Source of the DNA: Lingula anatina
Lineage: Eukaryota; Animalia; Brachiopoda
Direction: 5' to 3'
DNA: 39,220 nucleotides
Assembly (NCBI GenBank): GCA_051362555.1
Contig: CM120648.1
Span: forward strand, 1-39,220
Under the pieces are notes generated by a model. It saw nothing but the letters and a program-made list of their open reading frames with translations. It was not told where the DNA came from and searched no databases. Both the position numbers and the translations under genes were made by a program. Below, piece by piece: positions 12,924 through 20,791 of the stretch. Within the stretch, counting starts at the first letter, position 1; each line of letters begins with the position of its first letter.

Positions 12924-13520
12924 ATGGTTAGAATTTCTATTGCATTATTAGGTTTATCTACAGTAATTAGTTCTTTTTTTATGCTCGTTTGTGGTTCTCC
13001 TATACAACTAGCCTGCTCTTTAGTTCTTTTTTTTGCTATTACCTCTTGTTTGGTTTCTACTATTGTCCACCCATGGGTGGGGGCCATCTTATTTTTGATT
13101 TATGGGGGTGTGATTTTAGTGGCTTTTGTATATGTTCTCGCCATAGATCCGGCACCTCAAACTAAAGTTAGTGGGTGGGACTGACACCACCTCAAAGTTG
13201 TGCCTATTATTTTTTTTGTAGGTATAACACCCCTAATCTTTAATGGTTATTATAATTTTGAATCTTTTGAGGTTGTTATTTTAGCTAGGCCTGATGGTTA
13301 TTTTTTACCACTATTTAGGCCAGTAAACCGTAAACTTCTCCTAATTACTTTGGCTTGTTTAGCGGGAACCATGTCAGGAGCTCTTAAGTTAGTTCCCAGT
13401 CACCAGGGAGCCTTGCGTCCGCTAACTGGGGCAGACTTTAAGCGTGCTGGTTGGACAAAGGATCATTTTAAGGATCCCAAACTGCGAAAAGAGATGTCTA
13501 AAATCTTTTGGTCTTTATAG
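12924..13520 (+). CDS. nad6: NADH dehydrogenase subunit 6, 198 aa, basic C-terminal extension
   Basis: LFLIYGGVILVAFVYVLA and GALR motifs; open through TGA at 13182. Confidence 0.9.
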
Positions 13521-13525
13521 ATTGT

Positions 13526-13592
13526 GGTGCCATATTCTAAGTAAGGAAATCCGATTTGCACCCGGAAAGTGGTATTAATTTACCTGGCGCCT
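13526..13592 (+). tRNA. trnA: tRNA-Ala(UGC)
   Basis: Acceptor GGTGCCA/TGGCGCC; loop TTTGCAC. Confidence 0.88.
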
Positions 13593-13710
13593 AGAATGTT
13601 GTTAACCAAAGGTGGGGTGCTTGCACCAACCCTACCCACCTAACCACTATCTCTTGTGAAATTATAAATTGTGTTTATTGAAGAGGTTTCGTAGGGTTCC
13701 TCTATAAAAA

Positions 13711-13778
13711 GGAGAGGAAGCCAATACCTGGCGTCTGGGTTTGCACCCAGAATAAGTGGCCTGTTGCCACCCTTTCCC
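13711..13778 (+). tRNA. Extra tRNA-like gene: trnK/trnN-type body with an aberrant 6/8-nt anticodon loop (GTTTGCAC)
   Basis: Paired stems GGAGAGG/CCTTTCC, GCCA/TGGC, TCTGG(G)/(C)CCAGA, GTGGC/GCCAC. Confidence 0.7.
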
Positions 13779-14406
13779 AGTAGTTGGATAACTGTCTCAG
13801 GGTTCTGAGTAAACTGCTATAGGATTCAAGTGGAGATTTAGTATTTAAATTGTCTCCAGAGGCCTAACTCTGGGCCTTGGATCTTGGAGTTTCCACCCAA
13901 ACACAGAAAATAAATTAGGCTAGGCTGCCACCCTAACGCGGGGGGGGGGTGGCGTGACGGCCTCTTCTAATTTACTTTCTGTGTTGGAAACTCCGGCAAA
14001 AAATAAAGTGGGGCCCCCCGCCCTCCCTATGGGGGGGAGGGGGGGGGGGGGGAGGAAGGATCCTGTCTAGGATTCTGAGTAATAATATGTTAACCTGCCT
14101 ATCTCTACCACTGTCTAAGAGAAGAGGGGAGGAAAGTAGGGAGAGGAGTAGGTGGGAGCACTCACCAACTCCAAACCTGCTCAAACTATCTGTTCCCAAC
14201 TCTTGAATCTCTTAGACTTAAGTATATAGAGATGGATTGAGGTTAAGACAAGGGAGGGGGAGAAAGGGGTGTTTGGGGAAAGGGGGGAGGGAATGGCCCC
14301 CCTTTCCCCTGTAAAAGGGGTGCTTTATTTTAGGGTTTTTTTTGTGAAGTTATTGGCCCAAAATGGGCAGTTGGGGGGTGTTTTGGGGGGGTTTGACCCC
14401 CCAAAA
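13779..14406. promoter_or_regulatory. Unique part of the major non-coding (putative control) region with G-tracts and hairpins
   Basis: No recognisable genes; long G-runs at 14030-14055; hairpins GGGGAAAGGGGG/CCCCCTTTCCCC and TGTTTTGGGGGG/CCCCCCAAAACA. Confidence 0.7.
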
Positions 14407-14782
14407 CATAAGAAGAAACGGAAATTTGGGGGGGGGGTTCTCGACCTCCCCCTCCAGGGGATTGATTTGGTTTTGGCGGGTGCCTTCTAAGCACTATGTT
14501 GAGGTTTTCGTAGGGTTTCCTCTATAAAAAAAGGTAGCCTAGCTTAAGCTAAAGTGTTCCACCACGTAAGTGGAAATTTGGTATATGTTTACCGGGTACT
14601 TGTCTCGTTACTTGTTTGGCCCATGACCTCAATGGATCTCACCCTCTCGACGGGGGGCGGGGTGATAAAGATCCATTGAGGTAGGCCCTGAAGACGGAGC
14701 CCCCCGTAAGGTGGATTCCAGATGTTTCCAACCATAAGAAGAAACGGAAATTTGGGGGGGGGGGTTCTCGACCTCCCCCTCC

Positions 14783-14849
14783 AGGGGATTGATTTGGTTT
14801 TGGCGGGTGCCTTCTAAGCACTATGTCGGTGGGTTCGATTCTCCCCCTT
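14783..14849 (+). tRNA. trnS1: Putative D-armless tRNA-Ser(UCU) in repeat unit
   Basis: GGTGC-CTTCTAA-GCACT with extended anticodon stem; GGG-TTCGATT-CTC T-arm; short acceptor stem; only S1 candidate I found. Confidence 0.65.
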
Positions 14850-15141
14850 TCCTTTTTAAGGCTAAAGAAGGCAGCCTTTGTCGATAAAGACCGAGAGGTG
14901 TGCTTGCACTAACCCTACCCACCACGTAAGTGGAAATTTGGTATATGTTTACCGGGTACTTGTCTCGTTACTTGTTTGGCCCATGACCTCAATGGATCTC
15001 ACCCTCTCGACGGGGGGCGGGGTGATAAAGATCCATTGAGGTAGGCCCTGAAGACGGAGCCCCCCGTAAGGTGGATTCCAGATGTTTCCAACCATAAGAA
15101 GAAACGGAAATTTGGGGGGGGGGTTCTCGACCTCCCCCTCC

Positions 15142-15208
15142 AGGGGATTGATTTGGTTTTGGCGGGTGCCTTCTAAGCACTATGTCGGTGGGTTCGATTC
15201 TCCCCCTT
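15142..15208 (+). tRNA. trnS1: Putative tRNA-Ser(UCU), repeat copy
   Basis: Same sequence as 14783-14849. Confidence 0.6.
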
Positions 15209-15574
15209 TCCTTTTTAAGGCTAAAGAAGGCAGCCTTTGTCGATAAAGACCGAGAGGTGTGCTTGCACTAACCCTACCCTCTCGTAGTATGTTGAGGTTT
15301 TCGTAGGGTTTCCTCTATAAAAAAAGGTAGCCTAGCTTAAGCTAAAGTGTTCCACCACGTAAGTGGAAATTTGGTATATGTTTACCGGGTACTTGTCTCG
15401 TTACTTGTTTGGCCCATGACCTCAATGGATCTCACCCTCTCGACGGGGGGCGGGGTGATAAAGATCCATTGAGGTAGGCCCTGAAGACGGAGCCCCCCGT
15501 AAGGTGGATTCCAGATGTTTCCAACCATAAGAAGAAACGGAAATTTGGGGGGGGGGTTCTCGACCTCCCCCTCC

Positions 15575-15641
15575 AGGGGATTGATTTGGTTTTGGCGGGT
15601 GCCTTCTAAGCACTATGTCGGTGGGTTCGATTCTCCCCCTT
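15575..15641 (+). tRNA. trnS1: Putative tRNA-Ser(UCU), repeat copy
   Basis: Same sequence as 14783-14849. Confidence 0.6.
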
Positions 15642-15856
15642 TCCTTTTTAAGGCTAAAGAAGGCAGCCTTTGTCGATAAAGACCGAGAGGTGTGCTTGCA
15701 CTAACCCTACCCTCTCGTAGTATGTTGAGGTTTTCGTAGGGTTTCCTCTATAAAAAAAGGTAGCCTAGCTTAAGCTAAAGTGTTCCACCACGTAAGTGGA
15801 AATTTGGTATATGTTTACCGGGTACTTGTCTCGTTACTTGTTTGGCCCATGTTTGG

Positions 15857-15911
15857 ATAGGGGAAGCACGTAAGGCTCCTTCCGGAGAGTGGTTAATTTC
15901 CACCCCCTATT
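15857..15911 (+). pseudogene. tRNA remnant of the trnN/trnK family with collapsed anticodon arm
   Basis: ATAGGGG/CCCCTAT acceptor; GTGG-TTAATTT-CCAC T-arm resembling trnN. Confidence 0.45.
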
Positions 15912-15923
15912 TATTACTTATTT

Positions 15924-15989
15924 GGCTGGCTAGGTTAAAAAGACCATCGGACTCATAACCCGAACGTATCCTTGAGTGGGTGCTGGCCT
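15924..15989 (+). tRNA. trnM: tRNA-Met(CAU), second gene
   Basis: GGTT/GACC D-arm; TCGGA-CTCATAA-CCCGA. Confidence 0.88.
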
Positions 15990-16012
15990 AGGCTCTATTT
16001 TGTGTTTGGATT

Positions 16013-16080
16013 GGGGGGTTGGTGAAAAAATCACGCCCGGCTTTCACCCGGGAATTACCGAGTAACTTTGGTACTCCTCT
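16013..16080 (+). tRNA. trnE: tRNA-Glu(UUC)
   Basis: CCCGG-CTTTCAC-CCGGG. Confidence 0.9.
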
Positions 16081-16091
16081 TACTACTTGGG

Positions 16092-16159
16092 GGAGAGGAA
16101 GCCAATAAATGGCGTTCGGCTTTTAACCGAAAGTAAGTGGATAACTACCACCTTCTCTA
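16092..16159 (+). tRNA. trnK: tRNA-Lys(UUU)
   Basis: TTCGG-CTTTTAA-CCGAA. Confidence 0.9.
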
Positions 16160-16417
16160 CAACCTCACTAGTATATTTAGTATTCCTGTCTTCCAAACAG
16201 GGGGTCCGTTATAGTGGCGGGTGGGGTTAATGACAACTACTCTATAGGGGGGGAGCCTTGGCCACGCTACCTCCACCCTCCCCTTATTAATACAACACCT
16301 AATAAATATATATGAGGTTTTTTCGTGTGGGGTTTTCCTCTATAAAAAAAAGGTACCTTAACTAAAGTGTTCCATCTGTGTTTGGGAAATTGGTATTATT
16401 TTTACCAGGTACTTATA
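16158..16417. repeat. ~260-bp direct repeat, copy A (trnG plus non-coding element)
   Basis: Near-identical to 17766-18024. Confidence 0.95.
16162..16228 (+). tRNA. trnG: tRNA-Gly(UCC), first gene
   Basis: Acceptor ACCTCAC/GTGGGGT; CCTGT-CTTCCAA-ACAGG. Confidence 0.9.
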
Positions 16418-16422
16418 ACCCT

Positions 16423-16490
16423 GCCGTGGAAGCTTTAAGAAGCATTGGCCTTGTAACCCGAATATGTGGATAGCACCTCCACCCGCGGCT
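16423..16490 (+). tRNA. trnT: tRNA-Thr(UGU)
   Basis: Acceptor GCCGTGG/CCGCGGC; loop CTTGTAA. Confidence 0.85.
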
Positions 16491-17765
16491 ATGAAGAAAA
16501 GTCGCCCCCGCTTTCCAATTGGTATAAGCCCAGCGGTCAGAGGGTTTAAGGCATGGTAGTTTTGTAGGAATTTAGCATGGATAAGCTTTAGCGCTCCAGT
16601 GAGTACAAACAACAAGACAAACGTGCAACGTCCGGAGGAACTGGGGCAAGAACCCATATAAGTGTTTCTGTACCGTTACGGGATCCGGCATCAAGGCTAT
16701 CACGACGTCTAGGATAATCCACCACACCAGTCATGAGGGGTTCAAATAGCAACCAAAGTTGGCTGGCATGTACGCTAGATCACCGGGACAAAGGCGAATG
16801 CCAGCAGTCGCGGTTAAATTCACACGGGGACTTACGGGTTGAAAGGGGACCAGGACGGAATTTTATGCCTGACTGGAAACTGGGGATGCTCGCATGCCAG
16901 GTTAGATTCAATTCGACGGCAGAAGAGACATTTAGACGCAGAAGAAAGCAAAGTTTCGGCAGTGTCATGTTCAATAAGGGGTGCAATCCGTAGTTGAATA
17001 AAGAGGGCCTTAAGACTCTGATGGTTGAAGCTGTGAAAATTGGAGAGTTAACCGGGATTAGAGACCCCGCTAATCCCAATCGTGAATTATGCATACTTCT
17101 CCAATGGTAGGGGTCTCCTAAGAACCTTGACATATGAGATATTAAAGATTGCAAGCTACCGTATAATTACGGGTACTACCAGGCCTGAAAGTTGAAGGGG
17201 TAGACGGCTTTCTGAAGTTATAATGGGGAGCTTGATCTTTAATCCGATGACCCCCGTTTCACCTTACTCTGACTGGTGGTGGGCGGGCCATGGCGGCACC
17301 TTAAAGACACTACCCATCTCAGGTGTCATATCGCTGTCTAAAGCTTATGATGCGACCCAACAAAAAATTATGCTTGTTTCGTAAGATTCCAAGTGCATAT
17401 ACTATTTGGGGTTTGATGCCCTATAGTGCGATCAGTGTGCGTGAACCTAACGAAAAGGGGGCACATCTAGGATTGACCAGCTCCCTCCAAGAATTAAAGA
17501 TTCTTAGGAGTCTTAAGAATGAGGACAAGTCGACAGGTCCCTTATGTCAGAGGCCACGGTTGAGCTACTAAAAGCGTATATCAAGCAAACGAAATGTGGT
17601 TGAAATGGCCACAGGAAGCAGGACTTGTAAGTAATAAGATCCTTAGGACGGTCTTATGAATTCTATACAACCGGGAAGTGTACTAACCGCCCATCACTCG
17701 GGGAGAGATCCCTGATAAGTTGTAACAAGGTAGGCGTACGGGAACGTGTGCCTGTAACAAGACTA
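16491..17765 (+). rRNA. rrnS: Small subunit (12S) mt rRNA, ~1.27 kb; ends bounded by flanking features
   Basis: TGCCAGCAGTCGCGGT (~16799), GGATTAGAGACCC (~17055), GTACTAACCGCCCATCAC (~17680), TAAGTTGTAACAAGGTA plus terminal helix (~17716-17753). Confidence 0.95.
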
Positions 17766-18024
17766 TACAACCTCATTAGTATATTTAGTATTCCTGTCTT
17801 CCAAACAGGGGGTCCGGCATAGCGGCGGGTGGGGTTAATGACGACTACACTATAGGGGGGGAGCCTTGGCCACGCTACCTCCACCCTCCCCTTATTAATA
17901 CATCACCTAATAAATATATATGAGGTTTTTTCGTGTGGGGTTTTCCTCTATAAAAAAAGGTACCTTAACTAAAGTGTTCCATCTGTGTTTGGGAAATTGG
18001 TATTATTTTTACCAGGTACTTATA
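17766..18024. repeat. ~260-bp direct repeat, copy B
   Basis: Near-identical to 16158-16417. Confidence 0.95.
17770..17836 (+). tRNA. trnG: tRNA-Gly(UCC), second gene
   Basis: Duplicate of 16162-16228 with a few changes in the T-arm and acceptor. Confidence 0.85.
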
Positions 18025-18030
18025 GCAAGT

Positions 18031-18100
18031 GGACCCTATACCTACGGAGGGGCAGTGTTTTGAAAACTTTGCTACGGTGTTCGACTCATCGTGGGGTCTT
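18031..18100 (+). tRNA. trnS2: tRNA-Ser(UGA)
   Basis: Acceptor GACCCTA/TGGGGTC; loop TTTGAAA; CGGTG-TTCGACT-CATCG T-arm. Confidence 0.82.
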
Positions 18101-18115
18101 CTCTACAACCCGCCT

Positions 18116-18182
18116 CGGGCTGAAGCATTGTAAGATGTGCCTTGCTTACGCCAAGGAGAACTCTGTAACTGGGGTAGCCTGA
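18116..18182 (+). tRNA. trnV: tRNA-Val(UAC)
   Basis: Acceptor CGGGCTG/TAGCCTG; CCTTG-CTTACGC-CAAGG. Confidence 0.9.
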
Positions 18183-19438
18183 TGATTCCTTTACGTCATC
18201 GCGGATTATTTTCTATTTTAAATAAAAGGGTTTGGGACTATAAAGTTCCTGTTAATATTAATAACTGGTGGTATTTTGGGTCACTATTGGGGTTCATATT
18301 ATTAAACCAGATTATTTCAGGGTTTTTTTTATCAACATACTATGTGGCCCATGTTGATCATGCTTTTGATTCTATTGTACACATTAATCGTGATGTGTAC
18401 ATAGGGGCTCTTGTGCGAGGTTTCCATATTAATGGCGCCTCATTGTTTTTTTTATTTATGTATATTCACATTGGTCGGGGGATTTATTATGGTTGTTACC
18501 GCCAGGCTGGTGTATGATATTCAGGGATTATTTTAATGGTTTTACTTATGGCTACGTCCTTTTTGGGGTATGTTTTACCTTGGGGTCAGATGTCATATTG
18601 GGCTGCTGTAGTGATTACAAGGCTTTTAAGGACAATTCCATATTTAGGGCCAGGATTGGTTGACTGAATTTGGGGTGGGTATTCTGTAGGTCAGGCAACC
18701 CTCACTCGGTTTTACAGATTGCATTTTATTATGCCATTTATTATGGTTATTGTGGTTATTATTCATGTTGGGCTTCTCCATGAAAGTGGGTCAAGGAACC
18801 CTCTTGGTTTGTACGACCCTAGTGGTGTTGGGATGCGAAGATTCCATCCACTATACTCGTGTACAGATTTGTTTTTTTGTCTGGTTGCTTTCTTATATTT
18901 ACTTAAGTTAAGGTGTTTTCATACTTGGATATTTGTGCCTTGTGAGAATTGAATCAAGGCAGACCCAATGACAACACCTAAACACATTACCCCTGAGTGG
19001 TATTTCCTATGAATTTATGCTATTTTACGATCTGCGCCAACTAAGGGTGGGGGGGTTGCTCTTATGATTTTAGCCATTTTAGCTTTGGCTTTAATACCTC
19101 TAACTCCCCTCACCCATTGGCAAGGTGGTACACAGTTTAGTCCAGTGGGCAAAATGTTATTCTTTAGGTGAGTAACTAATCTTCTCTTTATGACTTGGAT
19201 TGGGAGACAGCCTGCGACATGGCCATACAGATATGAGACTGTTAAAGGTACTATTATTTATTTTGGGTTTTATCCAGTGTTTTTAATAAACCTGGCTATT
19301 AAGGCTAATAAATTTAGTGTCAATAAGTATAACTACTACAAGCTTTGAACTATCACCTTCTTTGTTTCTTGTCTTGTTTGTAGTTATTATCTTTTTGATC
19401 CAAGGTATGTCTTAACTTTTGAAGATTTCTTGTTATAG
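18182..19438 (+). CDS. cob: Cytochrome b, 418 aa, C-terminally extended
   Basis: [33 protein letters not shown]; TAG at 19436-19438. Confidence 0.98.
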
Positions 19439-19441
19439 TTT

Positions 19442-19508
19442 ATTGGGGTAGTTTAAATAGAATAATAAGTTGTGGCCTTATAGGTGGGGTTAATTTCCCC
19501 CCCCGATT
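19442..19508 (+). tRNA. trnH: tRNA-His(GUG)
   Basis: ATAAG-TTGTGGC-CTTAT. Confidence 0.88.
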
Positions 19509-19514
19509 ACTTTT

Positions 19515-19582
19515 GGCTGAGTGGTGAAAAATTATCATGCGTGTCTGCAAAACATGAGTTGCGTTTAGGTTCGCCTTGGCCT
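19515..19582 (+). tRNA. trnC: tRNA-Cys(GCA)
   Basis: Acceptor GGCTGAG/CTTGGCC; CGTGT-CTGCAAA-ACATG. Confidence 0.88.
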
Positions 19583-19589
19583 GCAAAAT

Positions 19590-19763
19590 ATGCCTTCTAT
19601 TGGTCCTAACCTACTATGATTTATTAGCTCACTTTTAGTTTTTGGTTTTGTTTGCTTATTTTATATGTGTTTTGTGCAAAACCAATTTTGTAAGAAAAAT
19701 TGGCCTAGTCGGTTCAACTTTTCTCGTGTGGGTTCAAACCATCGCATCCCACGTCTGCGCTAG
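19590..19763 (+). CDS. atp8: ATP synthase subunit 8, 57 aa
   Basis: MPSIGPNLLW (MPQL-like start), one hydrophobic helix, basic C-terminus; fills the gap between two tRNAs. Confidence 0.78.
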
Positions 19764-19774
19764 AAGTGGGGCTT

Positions 19775-19843
19775 GGGGCTGTAGGTTAATTAGATCATAG
19801 GTTTTCAAAACTTAGGGCGTGAGTTACAATCTCACCGGCCCCT
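19775..19843 (+). tRNA. trnW: tRNA-Trp(UCA)
   Basis: Acceptor GGGGCTG/CGGCCCC; TAGGT-TTTCAAA-ACTTA. Confidence 0.9.
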
Positions 19844-20617
19844 ATGACGATGGATGAAAAACTTAAATACCTTGAGGAGGAGAAAAAAAATGATCGTTTA
19901 GCAAAAAATGCACATATTCAACTTGAAAAAAAAAATCCATTGTGTCCATTAGCGGGTGACTATGTAGCCTTTAAGGAAGGTTACTATGATGATTCGACTA
20001 TTGAATATTATAGGTCTCGCTACAGCTTAAAACCTTATTATCCTAATATATACAAGCTGAGCTTTATGTGGAAAAACCGTGTTCCATATGAGGATAAATG
20101 TAGTGTTTGGTTGTTTCCTGATGATGTGATTCCCGCCCCACTAACTCCATTCTATTGGGAGACACTTGACTATAATGACTTATCAGGCCATGTTTTCCAC
20201 TGGTATGGGGCGGGTGATTATGTTTGTCTACCAAGAAGGTCTTATTGTCCAATAAATGTTTCCCGGATAAAGGATGCTTGATGGTTTCAATCAAAGCTTT
20301 ATGAGGTTCAACCGGGGTTATTTCGCGTTGTCTATCATGAAGGTTACCATCGGCGGTACAAAGATCCATATTTTGTTCCTTATGGGGCTGGAATTGTAGA
20401 AGGAATTGGTAGTTTTTGGATTAATGTTCCCTATCGGTTAAGCTTAAACAAACTGAAACCAACTCGAAAGGTGATTCGGAAAGGTGTGTATAAGTACCGC
20501 CGAGGAAACTGGCGAACTTGGGCCCCATATAAAGATCATCCATCGTGGAGAGCTGAACAAAAAGCGGCTGTAAAGAAGGGTAAGTGGAGCTTCCCATCTG
20601 AGTTTGTTTGAAAGTAG
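19844..20617 (+). CDS. Unassigned orphan ORF, 257 aa, hydrophilic, rich in Tyr/Trp/Lys/Arg/Pro
   Basis: ATG abuts trnW; open for 774 nt in table 5 (reads through TGA at 20279 and 20609) to TAG. Confidence 0.8.
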
Positions 20618-20721
20618 CTTGAACAAAAAGAGGCTCCATATTAGGGGGTCATCTCAAATACTAGCCATATCCACCAATCTTTAAGTGGTATTATTTTACC
20701 CCACTTGTTTTAAATTTTTAA

Positions 20722-20791
20722 GGGGTGGTAGGTCAAGTTAGGCCGTAAGTTTCCAAAACTTAAAGTGCGAGTAGCACCCTCGCTCACTCTT
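20722..20791 (+). tRNA. trnW: tRNA-Trp(CCA), extra isoacceptor
   Basis: GGGGTGG/TCACTCT, GGTC/GGCC, TAAGT-TTCCAAA-ACTTA, GCGAG/CTCGC. Confidence 0.85.

Larger units (their letters stand above)
14407..15851. repeat. Tandem repeat array, 433-bp full unit, with internally deleted units
   Basis: ACCACGTAAGTGG at 14561, 14921, 15354, 15787 (spacing 360, 433, 433). Confidence 0.95.

Noticed and set aside
14639-15613. Repeated minus-strand ORFs MLRRHPPKPNQSPGGGG
   Set aside because: By-product of the tandem repeat; the frame changes with G-run length
14407-15851. CRISPR-like array
   Set aside because: Long identical units without unique spacers, no cas genes, mitochondrial context
16733-17884. 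ORFs within rrnS and trnG
   Set aside because: They overlap clearly conserved structural RNA genes
18137-18181. Upstream start of cob (MPCLRQGE...)
   Set aside because: It lies inside trnV; ATG at 18182 fits tRNA punctuation
20470-20530. GVY in the orphan ORF as a GIY-YIG homing endonuclease motif
   Set aside because: No YIG-like partner at the expected spacing; no LAGLIDADG or HNH motif seen
20722-20791. Reading this tRNA as Gly(UCC)
   Set aside because: The stem TAAGT/ACTTA centres CCA in a 7-nt loop, the body resembles trnW, and two trnG genes exist elsewhere
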